Assembly (NCBI GenBank): GCA_902793315.1 | Contig: CADBCT010000006.1 | Coordinates: forward strand, 1 to 38,535 | Direction: 5' to 3' | DNA from: an uncultured Erysipelotrichaceae bacterium | GTDB lineage: Bacteria; Bacillota_I; Bacilli_A; RF39; UBA660 | DNA length: 38,535 nucleotides | Shown here: positions 1-9,531 of the stretch, in pieces | How the letters are laid out: every line of letters starts with the position of its first letter | How positions within the stretch are numbered: the first letter of the stretch is position 1 | Program-made: the position numbers and the translations under genes | The notes under the pieces: generated by a model | The model's database searches: none | What the model was told of the DNA's origin: nothing | What the model saw: only the letters and a program-made list of their open reading frames with translations

Positions 1-1547
1 GGTTCATCTGGATGCTTTTTATTATACTTTTCTACATATTCATTATATCCTTCAATTTTTTTAGTACCTGAATTAGCAAACATTTGATATCTCTTTTCCA
101 TCTCAGCTACCATTTTTTGTAATAATACTGCAGCTTCTTTTGGATCAGATACAACTGGTCGCATTAAATGTGGAATACCATTATAAACAGATAATTCAAC
201 TACTTTTGGATCAATCATTGCTAATTTTACCTCATCTGGTTTGGCTCTCATTAAAATAGAACAAATTATTCCATTTACACAAACTGATTTACCAGAACCA
301 GTAGTACCAGCTATAAGTAAATGAGGCATTTTATTAATCTCACAAACACCAATCTCACCCATTATTGATTTACCTAATGGTACCATTAACTTCTTATCTT
401 TAGCTTGTTGCATTGTTCTACTAGCTAAGATTTCATAGAAACTTACTGGTAATGGTTTATCATTAGCAAATTCAACACCAACAGTACTCTTACCAGGAAT
501 TGGCGCCTCAATACGAACATCTTTCTTAGATAAAGCTAAAGCTATTTCTCTACTCAATGTTGTAATTTTATTAACCCTTGTACCACTAGCTATTTCTAAT
601 TCATATTGAGCAACTGTAGGTCCAACATGAACTTCTACTACTTTAGCAATTACACCAAAGCTTTCTAAGACTTTTTCTAGCTTTTCAATATTAGCTTCAA
701 TTGCTGAATTATCAGTTGCTGTATTTTTATTTTGTGGTTTATTTAATAAATCTAAAGATGGTAATTTATAACTTGGATTAACTATTGAACCTTGATTAGA
801 AGATTCTTTTTCTTCTTTAGACTCATTATTTTGAACAGATAATTTCTTTAATTCATCAATATTCTTAACAACTTGTTTTTCTGCCTCTTCAATTTCATTA
901 CCATTACTAATTTTTACCTTTTTATTAGGTAGTTCATCTTCGTCAGTGACTCTATTATTTCTTGATTCTTCAATATCTTCAAATCTATTCTTTATAAACT
1001 CAACAATTGAAAAACCAGTAAACATACAAATACCAACTACAATAAAGATAACAGTAACTATTTGCATTCCTAAATATGAGAATAATTTAGCAAAAGCAAT
1101 AGCAAAAGCTCCACCAATTAATCCTCCTCCAACTGCGACAGTTTCTCCAATACTACCAGTTGTCATAATATTTTGAAATCCTAAATTCAATTGACGCATT
1201 GTTTCTTTAAATACCAAACTAGCATTACCACTATTTTGAGAAACAAATTCCCAATGCATAACTGTTAAAACTCCAATAATAAATAAGTAAAGTCCTAACA
1301 TCTTTGTAGAAAAGAAATCAGGCCAATCTCCTTTAAACAAAACATATATTCCTAATATTAATAAAACAAATAAGAAAATCATATAGGTAGATCCAGTTAA
1401 AAACAAACTAAAAGAGGCAATCATTCGACCCGCAGGTCCAAATTTACCTATACCTAAAATAGCTACAATAATAAATAATACAGCATATAAACCAATTGAA
1501 ATTTCAAATTTTTGTTTCTTAGATCTTCTTCTCTTTCTCTTTGCCAT
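1..1547 (-). CDS. ftsK: DNA translocase FtsK/SpoIIIE, N-terminal ~515 codons (3' end runs off the window)
   Basis: Absent from the ORF track because it is open at position 1. Reading the minus strand from the ATG at 1547 gives MAKRKRRRSKKQKFEISIGLYAVLFIIVAILG... with several TM helices. Later it reads MPHLLIAGTTGSGKSVCVNGIICSILMRAKPDEVKLAMIDPK (Walker A plus FtsK motor core). An AGGAG SD lies 7 nt upstream. Confidence 0.9.
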   Translation of the reverse strand, partial: MAKRKRRRSKKQKFEISIGLYAVLFIIVAILGIGKFGPAGRMIASFSLFLTGSTYMIFLFVLLILGIYVLFKGDWPDFFSTKMLGLYLFIIGVLTVMHWEFVSQNSGNASLVFKETMRQLNLGFQNIMTTGSIGETVAVGGGLIGGAFAIAFAKLFSYLGMQIVTVIFIVVGICMFTGFSIVEFIKNRFEDIEESRNNRVTDEDELPNKKVKISNGNEIEEAEKQVVKNIDELKKLSVQNNESKEEKESSNQGSIVNPSYKLPSLDLLNKPQNKNTATDNSAIEANIEKLEKVLESFGVIAKVVEVHVGPTVAQYELEIASGTRVNKITTLSREIALALSKKDVRIEAPIPGKSTVGVEFANDKPLPVSFYEILASRTMQQAKDKKLMVPLGKSIMGEIGVCEINKMPHLLIAGTTGSGKSVCVNGIICSILMRAKPDEVKLAMIDPKVVELSVYNGIPHLMRPVVSDPKEAAVLLQKMVAEMEKRYQMFANSGTKKIEGYNEYVEKYNKKHPDE

Positions 1548-1628
1548 ACAACTTCTCCTATCTTCCTAACTATATTATACTATAAAAAAGTGTCTAGCAA
1601 TTAAACATTTACAATAAATTTACATTAT

Positions 1629-2132
1629 TTATGTTAAATTAACTATTCTATCTTCTACTTCTCCTGTATCAACTGCATATTCTTTAGGATTTTGCATATT
1701 AACATATACTGGTAATTCATCAATACCTAGCTCTTTACAAGCATATAAAGAATACCTAGGAACACTTGAACTTATAAACTCATATGATATACCGTTAATC
1801 TCAGCATTGCAAATCAATTGAGTACCTTCCAGCATAGTATATTTTTCATCTACTACTTTAGCTCTGATTATTTCCCCAATATTTTTTAAAACTTCCGTTT
1901 TCTTTTTTATACCTTCCAATTTTATCAAGCCTTTTATGTTCATTATTAATGTAACTCCGCCAATGATAAAACATAAAATAACACCTACTAAATAACTCTC
2001 TCTATCAATAGAATTTATTTCTAAATATAAATATAGAAAGAAGATACCAAAGGCTAAAAAAACAAAACTTAAAATTGTAGAAAGTAAAACTTCTTGTTTT
2101 TTCTTATTAAAAGAACTATTTGCTTTGTTCAT
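1629..2132 (-). CDS. small membrane protein, type A paralog 1: two N-terminal TM helices plus a ~90-aa beta-rich C-terminal domain (possibly DUF3592-like)
   Basis: 167-aa ORF with an AAGGAG SD before the ATG. It has two hydrophobic helices. The C-terminus ELPVYVN..Y.VD....IVNLT matches ORF 2601..3104. Its start overlaps the upstream ORF by 17 nt. Confidence 0.6.
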   Translation of the reverse strand: MNKANSSFNKKKQEVLLSTILSFVFLAFGIFFLYLYLEINSIDRESYLVGVILCFIIGGVTLIMNIKGLIKLEGIKKKTEVLKNIGEIIRAKVVDEKYTMLEGTQLICNAEINGISYEFISSSVPRYSLYACKELGIDELPVYVNMQNPKEYAVDTGEVEDRIVNLT

Positions 2133-2592
2133 AATTAATCTCCTTTAATATACTTATATCCATTTTATAATTTTCTATATTACCAGCTTCATATGTAACA
2201 GGCAATTTTATATCATTTTTTTTAATAATTTCAGTATAATCAGAGCCAACGTAACCACTATTAAAAAAGTATATTTTCTTATCATCAGGATTAACCCATG
2301 AGGTTATAATATAATAATCAGAGCCATTATCACGGTCATAATGTTCTCTAACTTCTACGAATTTTGTATTAATAATTATAGGAGCAGTTTCCATTTTATT
2401 TTCATTTTTAATTACTGTTTTTCCTCCATTTAATACAAAAATTCCATATATCATAGAAAAGCATCCTGGAAAAAACATAAAAAATATAAATTCATTAACA
2501 GCTTCTCCACTTATAATAACTTTTATAATTAGAAAAACAACTAATATAAACCCAATTATTATTAGAATCCAGCCCTTATTTTTATTATCCAT
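2116..2592 (-). CDS. small membrane protein, type B paralog 1: two TM helices plus a C-terminal domain
   Basis: 158-aa ORF with an AGGTGA SD. The C-terminal YYIITSWVNPDDKKIYFFNSG...VTYEAGNIENYKMD is clearly paralogous to ORF 3101..3613. Confidence 0.6.
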   Translation of the reverse strand: MDNKNKGWILIIIGFILVVFLIIKVIISGEAVNEFIFFMFFPGCFSMIYGIFVLNGGKTVIKNENKMETAPIIINTKFVEVREHYDRDNGSDYYIITSWVNPDDKKIYFFNSGYVGSDYTEIIKKNDIKLPVTYEAGNIENYKMDISILKEINYEQSK

Positions 2593-2600
2593 CTTATCAC

Positions 2601-3104
2601 CTACTTAGTTAAGTCTACAACAGAATCATATATTATTCTTATATCAACAAAATAATCAGTATCATTATAATAAACCGGTATTTTTTTTATTTTTAACTTT
2701 TCAATTATAGCATTAACGTTTTCATGTATATCATCACTAATATAATCTTTTTTATTTCCATATGAATCAGAATATGAGCATTCTATTCTATTTGCTAGAA
2801 TTCTTCTATCAAGTATTACACCTGTTATATCCGCTTCAATACATTTACTATTCTTAATTAAATCATCTATTATTTTAGCCCTTTTAGAACTAGCTATTAT
2901 AGTAATAATTGATGTAGAAAAAACAAAGGCACCTACTAGTGCAAAAAAGATTGCAAAAATTTGCTTACCTAATTCCTTAATAACAAAAAATAATACTACA
3001 CCAGTAATTAGAAAAACTAATCCTACAAGAATTCCTGCAACCATAGCACTTTTATTTGATTTTCCACCTTTTTCTGTATAGAAATCTAATACATATTTAT
3101 TCAT
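2601..3104 (-). CDS. small membrane protein, type A paralog 2
   Basis: 167-aa ORF with a GGAGGAA SD. An ATGA start/stop overlap joins it to the upstream ORF. It has two TM helices and the C-terminus KIPVYYNDTDYFVD...VVDLTK. Confidence 0.6.
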   Translation of the reverse strand: MNKYVLDFYTEKGGKSNKSAMVAGILVGLVFLITGVVLFFVIKELGKQIFAIFFALVGAFVFSTSIITIIASSKRAKIIDDLIKNSKCIEADITGVILDRRILANRIECSYSDSYGNKKDYISDDIHENVNAIIEKLKIKKIPVYYNDTDYFVDIRIIYDSVVDLTK

Positions 3105-3613
3105 TTACATTCCTCCACATCACTTAGGTCAACTTCATAATTCTTAATATTACCAACTTCATAAGTCACCTTAAATTTTGTAATATTTTTTTCTATTATT
3201 AATTCGTTTGGATCATCATATAATGAACCGCTCTCAAAATAGTATAGTTTATTATCATCAGGGTTTACCCAAGAACATATAATTGTATAATATGTATGAT
3301 TATGGCTTCTATCATCAATGCCACCACCTCTGGTTATCATCCTAACACTATCAAAATCAGCATCTATTGTTACACCATTATATTTTCTTTTTTCACTGTT
3401 TTCTTTATCTTTCTTATCAGATTTAATTAGCCAAATTCCAAATATAATAAAAGTAAGTGACCATAAAGATACAAAAACAACAAATCCAATTATATCCGAA
3501 TCCATAGAACCATTATTGTTATAAAAAAAATCTTTAAGAGCAAAATATCCAACAATAGATCCAAACAAAACAAGAATAATTCCAACAACCTTTTTACTAA
3601 CTTCTCCATGCAT
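3101..3613 (-). CDS. small membrane protein, type B paralog 2
   Basis: The GTG start in the ORF track (3622) lies inside the SD GAAGGTGA. The ATG at 3613 (MHGEVSKK...) is the plausible start. It has two TM helices and the C-terminal YYTIICSWVNPDDNKLYYFESG...VTYEVGNIKNYEVD. Confidence 0.6.
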   Translation of the reverse strand: MHGEVSKKVVGIILVLFGSIVGYFALKDFFYNNNGSMDSDIIGFVVFVSLWSLTFIIFGIWLIKSDKKDKENSEKRKYNGVTIDADFDSVRMITRGGGIDDRSHNHTYYTIICSWVNPDDNKLYYFESGSLYDDPNELIIEKNITKFKVTYEVGNIKNYEVDLSDVEECK

Positions 3614-3663
3614 AATTATCACCTTCTATAATAATTATAGTTATAATTCTTAATACTTTCAAT

Positions 3664-3688
3664 AACAAAAAAAGAGCTTTACGCTCTT
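3664..3688 (-). terminator. rho-independent terminator after efp
   Basis: The minus strand reads AAGAGC-GTAAA-GCTCTT followed by TTTTTTTGT. The efp stop codon sits in the loop. Confidence 0.6.
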
Positions 3689-4236
3689 GATACATATTTA
3701 CCATCTGAAGTAGATACAATAATTGTTTCTCCTTCTTCAATAAATAAAGGTACTCTTACTAATAATCCTGTTTCTACAGTAGCATCTTTTAAAGCATTCT
3801 GAGTAGTATTTCCTTTAACAGCTGGTTCTGTATGAGTTACTACTAATTCTACTTTATCTGGTAGTGCTACTCCTAGAATTTCTCCTTCATAACTAGTAAT
3901 ATATACTTCTAAATTTTCCTTTAAAAGTTTAGCTTGATCAGCAATCTTACTAGCAGGTATTTCTAATTGTTCATAACTTTCCATATTCATGAAATAATAA
4001 ACATCATTCATATTATATAGATATTGCATTAATTGCTTTTCAATATGAGCAGTAGCTACTTTAACTCCAGCATTAAAAGTTTGTTCAATAATAGCCCCTG
4101 TTCTTAAATTCTTTAACTTTGCCTTAACTATAGCTGCTCCTTTACCAGGTTTAACATGTTGAGTATCCATTACTACATAAATATTTCCTTCATATTCAAT
4201 AGTAATTCCATTTTTTAAATCATTTGTACTTATCAT
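3679..4236 (-). CDS. efp: translation elongation factor P
   Basis: 185 aa. MISTNDLKNGITIEYEGNIYVVMDTQHVKPGKGAAIVKAKLKNLRTG is a canonical EF-P N-terminus. Confidence 0.95.
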   Translation of the reverse strand: MISTNDLKNGITIEYEGNIYVVMDTQHVKPGKGAAIVKAKLKNLRTGAIIEQTFNAGVKVATAHIEKQLMQYLYNMNDVYYFMNMESYEQLEIPASKIADQAKLLKENLEVYITSYEGEILGVALPDKVELVVTHTEPAVKGNTTQNALKDATVETGLLVRVPLFIEEGETIIVSTSDGKYVSRA

Positions 4237-4276
4237 TCTATCACTCCTAAATTAAAAAATAAGTTTTAGACTTATT

Positions 4277-4441
4277 TTATTTCTTTTCCTTATGTACAGT
4301 GTGTTTTCTACATCTAGGACAGTATTTATTCATTTCAAGACGGTCTGTTGTATTTCTAACATTTTTTTGTTCTCTATAATTTTCTTCTTTGCATTCACTA
4401 CATACTAGAGTTTTATATTGTCTATTTCCTACTTTAGCCAT
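4277..4441 (-). CDS. rpmG: 50S ribosomal protein L33 (zinc-ribbon form)
   Basis: Not in the ORF track (54 aa). The minus strand reads [54 protein letters not shown]. The CxxC...CxxC pattern and the [15 protein letters not shown] signature are typical of L33. A GGAGGGA SD lies upstream. Confidence 0.9.
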   Translation of the reverse strand: MAKVGNRQYKTLVCSECKEENYREQKNVRNTTDRLEMNKYCPRCRKHTVHKEKK

Positions 4442-4500
4442 GTTCTAATCCCTCCTTACACGTCTATCGGTATTATAACAAACTTTTCCAATTTAATCAA

Positions 4501-6546
4501 CTAATAACCATACATTTCACTATATTTAGCCGTTATTGCCTGCGTAATATGATAAGTAACTAATGAAGCATAATTAGTACTTGAATTAGGATGAGATGAA
4601 TCAGGAGAAGTGACCATTATACTCATTTTAGGGTTATCATAAGGAGCATAACCCAAAAATGAACTAGTAATTGTCTCAGTATCAATCTTACCATCATTAT
4701 TAGTATCTATAAAACTTTGAGAAGTACCAGTCTTACCTGCTGGTCTCATTGCAGGATTCATATAACCAACTCCATAACCTCCTGGAGAATTTAATACGGC
4801 GATGAAACCTTCTTTTACTCTATTCATATATTCTGGTTTAGTATCTACTTTATTTAATACTTTTCTTTCTACTTTAAAATCTAATGCTCCTATTTCATCA
4901 TTATCACTAGATTTATGAACTTCTTTTAAAAGATGAGGTTCTACTCTTTCTCCACTATTCGCAATAGTAGAAATATATTGTGATAACTGAATTGGAGTAT
5001 AAGTTTCATATTGACCCATAACAAAATCTAACAAATTACCTGCTGCTTTATCTTTAGAAGTATAACCATTACTTTCTACTGGTAAATCAATTCCTGTTTT
5101 TACACCCAAGCCAAAGGAATGATACATATTACGATAAGTATCAAATGAAGATTGTTTAAATATTAATGGCATATTATAGTAATACTCTTGTCCATTAACT
5201 CTAATAGCTGTTTTAAATTGATAAACATTACTACTTTTAGCTAAAGCAGTTATATCATTAATAGTACCTAAATTATCAACAGATGAACATTTGGCTTTTT
5301 CAATACCAGCTATTTTAACACATTCATCACGCATATACTCTCCAATATGAATAGCTCCTGTATTATAACCAACTAACATTGAAGCTCCTTTAACTACACT
5401 TCCTGGAGTAATTGGAGATATTAACAAACTAGTAGTATTATCTATAATACTTCCATTAACTATTCTCTTACTAGCCATAGCTAATATTTCTCCAGTTTTT
5501 GGATCTTGAATTATTACACCAGAATGATCATAATAATCAGTATTAGCTTCTCCTTTAGCCATAGCCACTTGTTCACTTAAAATTCTTTCTACTTCACTTT
5601 GTAAATTAATATCAATAGTTAAAACAATATCTTTTCCTCTACTACCTTCTTTTAATAACTTGGTCTCATGAGAATTAACTATCTCATAAACATCTTTTTC
5701 TCCATGTAAATACTCTTCATATTGCTTTTCTAAATAACTAATTCCTACTCGATCATTCAAATTATAACCCTTAGCTAAATAATAATCTTTATCTTCTGCA
5801 GGAATACCTTGAGTACTAGTAGATACTTTACCTAAAATAGTTTTAAAAACATCTCCATATGGATAAACTCTTTCCCAATCTATCTTAGTATTAAATCCAG
5901 TTAATTCTTCATTATTTTCAGATACATAAGCATACTCTTTATCACTAACATTACTCTTAATTATTTTTTCTTCATAAGTATATCCTTTATTCATTAAATA
6001 GTATAAATAAGCTACTTTTTGTTCTTCAGGAGAAAAATTTAAATTTTCTTCTTTAATTCGACTTATTTTTAATTCATCTAATTCATTTTGAGTCATCTTC
6101 ATCTGTTTAACTTTTTCTTTTTCTCCTTTAGTAACTAATTTATCACACAAGTTTTTATTCTTTGCAAAATAGTATTCTCTTTTAGCTCTATCAGTTAATT
6201 TTTGATAATTCAAATCTATATGTGGTACTAATTCACTAGCAACCTTAATCATTTCTAAATTAGTAATACCTTTTTGTTTACGATAGGTAATTGTCTTTAA
6301 AGATTTATTATCAACTAAAATATTATAATTACGATCATAGATTCTTCCTCGAGGACTACTAGTTCCACTAACAGTACTATATGTTAAAATTGATAAATCT
6401 TCAGTATAAGTCTTTTTATCAATAATCATTACCTTAAATACTTTTATTAAAACAATACAAAACAAAAACAACATTACAACTAAAAATAGTGTAAATCTAG
6501 CACTAATTACTTTGTCATAATTAATTTTCTTTTTGTTTTTACTCAT
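4501..6546 (-). CDS. class B penicillin-binding protein (PBP2/PBP2B-type transpeptidase)
   Basis: It has an N-terminal TM anchor and the motifs SVVK (SxxK), SSN (SxN) and KTGTS (KTG). The GTG start in the track (6555) lies in the SD AGGTGGA, so the ATG at 6546 (MSKNKKK) is preferred. Confidence 0.9.
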   Translation of the reverse strand: MSKNKKKINYDKVISARFTLFLVVMLFLFCIVLIKVFKVMIIDKKTYTEDLSILTYSTVSGTSSPRGRIYDRNYNILVDNKSLKTITYRKQKGITNLEMIKVASELVPHIDLNYQKLTDRAKREYYFAKNKNLCDKLVTKGEKEKVKQMKMTQNELDELKISRIKEENLNFSPEEQKVAYLYYLMNKGYTYEEKIIKSNVSDKEYAYVSENNEELTGFNTKIDWERVYPYGDVFKTILGKVSTSTQGIPAEDKDYYLAKGYNLNDRVGISYLEKQYEEYLHGEKDVYEIVNSHETKLLKEGSRGKDIVLTIDINLQSEVERILSEQVAMAKGEANTDYYDHSGVIIQDPKTGEILAMASKRIVNGSIIDNTTSLLISPITPGSVVKGASMLVGYNTGAIHIGEYMRDECVKIAGIEKAKCSSVDNLGTINDITALAKSSNVYQFKTAIRVNGQEYYYNMPLIFKQSSFDTYRNMYHSFGLGVKTGIDLPVESNGYTSKDKAAGNLLDFVMGQYETYTPIQLSQYISTIANSGERVEPHLLKEVHKSSDNDEIGALDFKVERKVLNKVDTKPEYMNRVKEGFIAVLNSPGGYGVGYMNPAMRPAGKTGTSQSFIDTNNDGKIDTETITSSFLGYAPYDNPKMSIMVTSPDSSHPNSSTNYASLVTYHITQAITAKYSEMYGY

Positions 6547-6608
6547 GAAATCCACCTACTACTAGTTTATCACATATTTTCATACTTAATTCATATATTT
6601 TTTTAGAG

Positions 6609-6869
6609 GTGATATTTATTTATAAAGATTTAGTTAAAAGATATATTCATATTCTTAAAAAAGAAGATTTAGAAGAATTTGCTTCTAAAAATAACATAAA
6701 ATATACAAAAAAAGAATTAGATATTACATATAATTTTATTATGAAATACTATGAAGAATTATTAAATGAAAATATCAAAGTATTTGAAATATTAAAACCG
6801 CAGATAAGTAATACTCTATATAAAAGACTAATAAACTTATATATTGATTATAAGCAAAAATATATTTAA
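6609..6869 (+). CDS. small hypothetical protein (possibly YqfT/DUF2624-like; start codon uncertain)
   Basis: 86-codon open frame with no ATG until codon 45. The GTG at 6609 overlaps the SD AGAGG (6605-6609), and an ATT at 6618 lies 8 nt after the SD. Its position near nfo mirrors yqfS-yqfT in B. subtilis. The family call is from memory only. Confidence 0.5.
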   Translation: MIFIYKDLVKRYIHILKKEDLEEFASKNNIKYTKKELDITYNFIMKYYEELLNENIKVFEILKPQISNTLYKRLINLYIDYKQKYI

Positions 6870-6875
6870 AAAGAA

Positions 6876-7832
6876 TCATTTCTGATTCTTTACTTTTTTA
6901 TTTATTTGCTCAGCAACTGGAACTTTTTTAGCTAATCTTGTACCAAAATAGCAATGATCACAAGCTTTAATGTATTTCTTTTTTAATAATTGATTAATTC
7001 TATTTCTCTTTTCTTCAATTGTCATTGTTGAATCCAAAAGATCTAAATAATCATCTTCATTATCTTTTACAATTCCTAAATCTGTTCCATGAGAAGATCT
7101 AGGGCACAAATGAAATTGTCCATTTACTAAACTTCTACATATTTGATTGCAGTTTCGATATTGTCTAGCTAATTGTTTAACAGTTTTATTTTGCTTTTTT
7201 GCATCACCAAAATCTAGCCAAAAAGTCATTTTATCAATATGATATTTTATTTCTTCCTTTATTAAGAATTCTTCCAATTTATGATAATTAACAAAAGGAT
7301 ATTGACTAATTGAAATAACGACTCTAGGATTCTTTAACAGTTTAATTAATTTTTTATCTTTAGGTATTATAGTACCATTAGTAACTACTTCTATTCGCTG
7401 AATTTTATCACTCTTTAAAAGAATTTGTAAAACTCTAATGATATTACCGCCTAAGAATGGTTCTCCTCCTAATACTCTAACAAATACAATATTATTAATA
7501 CATTTCAAAAACTCTTTTATACTCTTCTCTAATACACTAATTTCATAATCACTTTGCTTCTTATAAAATGGTATGAGATTAGAGCAATGTTTACATCTTA
7601 AACTACATTTTGTAGTAATAGGTATTTCTAAATATTCATAATAACCATATTTATAGTTAAAAATTTTTAAATAACGAAAAACAGCTTTAAAAAAACAAAG
7701 AATAATATTGTTGTTTTCCTTATTATCTTGAACATAAAATTTAACTGAATAATAATAAAATCCCAATCTATGAAAAATATGAGTTATTTTGTAAAGCAAA
7801 TAACTTCTCATTAAATCACATCCCATCAACAA
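6876..7832 (-). CDS. radical SAM protein with a Cys-rich C-terminal region (possible auxiliary cluster)
   Basis: CSLRCKHCSN is the CxxxCxxC radical SAM motif, followed by GGEPFL. C-terminal cysteines occur in CNQICRS..HLCPRS and CDHCYFG. The start is uncertain (TTG 7832, ATG 7826 or ATG 7811) and there is no clear SD. Confidence 0.75.
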   Translation of the reverse strand: MLMGCDLMRSYLLYKITHIFHRLGFYYYSVKFYVQDNKENNNIILCFFKAVFRYLKIFNYKYGYYEYLEIPITTKCSLRCKHCSNLIPFYKKQSDYEISVLEKSIKEFLKCINNIVFVRVLGGEPFLGGNIIRVLQILLKSDKIQRIEVVTNGTIIPKDKKLIKLLKNPRVVISISQYPFVNYHKLEEFLIKEEIKYHIDKMTFWLDFGDAKKQNKTVKQLARQYRNCNQICRSLVNGQFHLCPRSSHGTDLGIVKDNEDDYLDLLDSTMTIEEKRNRINQLLKKKYIKACDHCYFGTRLAKKVPVAEQINKKVKNQK

Positions 7833-7851
7833 TATACTTAATTATACCACA

Positions 7852-8706
7852 CTAGTTATTATATTTTGTAAATCTTTTGTTCTTTATCATTTCTATTTCA
7901 TATTTATATGGTGGTTTATCATCAACATATGGTGTTTCTAGAATTTTAGGAATATCAACTAACTTATCATTATAAATAACATTAAGTAAAGTATCAAAAC
8001 CAATTTTACCAAAACCAATATTTTCATGACGATCTTTATGTGAACCAATTACATTTTTAGAATCATTTATATGGATACACTTTATCTTATCAATTCCAAT
8101 TATATTATCAAATTCATTCAAAAATTCATCAAACTTAGTTAAATCATATCCAGCATCATGCAAATGACAAGTATCTAAGCATACTCCTAGTCTTTCATTA
8201 TTAACACTATCTATAATAGTTTTTATTTCTTCAAGATTTCTCCCTATTTCAGTACCCTTACCAGCCATAGTCTCAAGTAAAATAGTAACATTACAACTAG
8301 TACTCTCAAATACTTTTTTAAGACCTAAAATGATATTAGAAATGCCTTTTTCTACTCCTAATCCTACATGCGACCCTGGATGAAGTACTAAGTATTTAAC
8401 TCCTAAATCTGATACCCTTTTTACTTCTTCAGTTAGGAATTTAACTGAAAAATCAAACTTTTCTGGATTACATAAATTAATAATATATGGTGCATGAACA
8501 ATTACTTTAGATATATCAATATTATTAGATTTCATTAATTTTATTGCTTCTTGAGTTAAATTATAATCAATATTAGATCTATTGGTATTTTGTGGAGCTC
8601 CAGTATAAAACATAAAAGTATTGGCTCCATAGCTTAAAGCTTCTTCTAAACTACCAAGCAATTGACTATTCTTTGTAAAACTTACATGACTACCTATATA
8701 CAACAT
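7852..8706 (-). CDS. nfo: endonuclease IV (AP endonuclease)
   Basis: 284 aa. MLYIGSHVS...GANTFMFYTGAPQNT...HAPYIINL...LHPG..., CLDTCH and HINDS are typical of Nfo. Confidence 0.93.
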   Translation of the reverse strand: MLYIGSHVSFTKNSQLLGSLEEALSYGANTFMFYTGAPQNTNRSNIDYNLTQEAIKLMKSNNIDISKVIVHAPYIINLCNPEKFDFSVKFLTEEVKRVSDLGVKYLVLHPGSHVGLGVEKGISNIILGLKKVFESTSCNVTILLETMAGKGTEIGRNLEEIKTIIDSVNNERLGVCLDTCHLHDAGYDLTKFDEFLNEFDNIIGIDKIKCIHINDSKNVIGSHKDRHENIGFGKIGFDTLLNVIYNDKLVDIPKILETPYVDDKPPYKYEIEMIKNKRFTKYNN

Positions 8707-8740
8707 AATACCACCATCTATATTATAACAAGTTTAAAGC

Positions 8741-8768
8741 AAAAGAAAAAGGATGATTCCTCATCCTT
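8741..8768 (-). terminator. rho-independent terminator after the pilin-like gene
   Basis: The minus strand reads AAGGATGA-GGAA-TCATCCTT followed by TTTCTTTT. Confidence 0.6.
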
Positions 8769-8777
8769 AATATTCTA

Positions 8778-9425
8778 TTACATTACTACGTGACAAACTA
8801 CTGGATTATCAGTTGCAGCAGTACCAATTGCTGAACCTGATGAAGCATCATCTATTTTAGTAGCATAAGTTACTTCTTTAAATTCTTCATAGAATTTAGA
8901 TCTACCATCAGCATCTGTAGTTGCTACATTAGATCTATTTAGTGTATCATCATTATTAATAATTAATGTTGGAACACCAGTACTTCCATTAGCAGCACCA
9001 ATTCCGCGTCCAACTGAATCTACCATCATAACATAGTATTTATAACTATTTCTGTTATCTTGAACAGTTTTTTCAATTACTACTATTCCTTTTACTTCAG
9101 CATTACCCCAAGAAGATTTTCCTCCTTGTTCCATTAAATCCTTTCCAGTATCATTAGAACTATCAAATTTAAGTTGATAGAATCCTGTACCTTCAGCAGA
9201 AATGATTTTTGCATCAGTTCCAGAACCACATTTTAATTCATCTGCAGCAACTGCATTCTTTACTGCATTAACATATGCTTTTGCAGTATCCATAAATGTA
9301 TCACGACGTGAGTTCTCAATTGTTCTTGAAACTGCTGGGATAGCAACTAACATTAAGATACCCATGATTGTGATAACAGCAAGCAACTCAATTAATGTAA
9401 AACCTTTACTATTTATTTTTTTCAT
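8778..9425 (-). CDS. prepilin-type N-terminal cleavage/methylation domain protein (type IV pilin/pseudopilin-like)
   Basis: MKKINSKG|FTLIELLAVITIMGILMLVAIPAV shows the G/F cleavage site, Glu at +5 and a hydrophobic helix. Two distal Cys residues are present. Confidence 0.85.
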   Translation of the reverse strand: MKKINSKGFTLIELLAVITIMGILMLVAIPAVSRTIENSRRDTFMDTAKAYVNAVKNAVAADELKCGSGTDAKIISAEGTGFYQLKFDSSNDTGKDLMEQGGKSSWGNAEVKGIVVIEKTVQDNRNSYKYYVMMVDSVGRGIGAANGSTGVPTLIINNDDTLNRSNVATTDADGRSKFYEEFKEVTYATKIDDASSGSAIGTAATDNPVVCHVVM

Positions 9426-9531
9426 TTTTTTCTTTCCTCTCTCTCCTTATTTTATAAATCAATCTTATCATTGTTTATTTTTATTTACAATACCTTTTTT
9501 TTTAAATTACAATTTATTTACACTTTACATA

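Noticed and set aside
946-1176. 76-aa plus-strand ORF from the track
   Set aside because: It lies antisense to the TM-helix region of ftsK. It has a low-complexity translation and no SD. The minus-strand frame has unmistakable FtsK sequence.
3318-3524. 68-aa plus-strand ORF
   Set aside because: It lies antisense inside the type B membrane-protein gene. There is no SD, and the hydrophobic mirror translation is typical of AT-rich antisense frames.
6547-6555. N-terminal extensions in the ORF track at 6555, 17267, 3622, 21325, 28706, 10128, 26566 and 27962
   Set aside because: In most of these the GTG or TTG sits inside or overlaps the SD sequence that serves a properly spaced downstream ATG. 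At 10128, 26566 and 27962 the better-placed downstream ATG has its own SD. The downstream ATG was used in every case.
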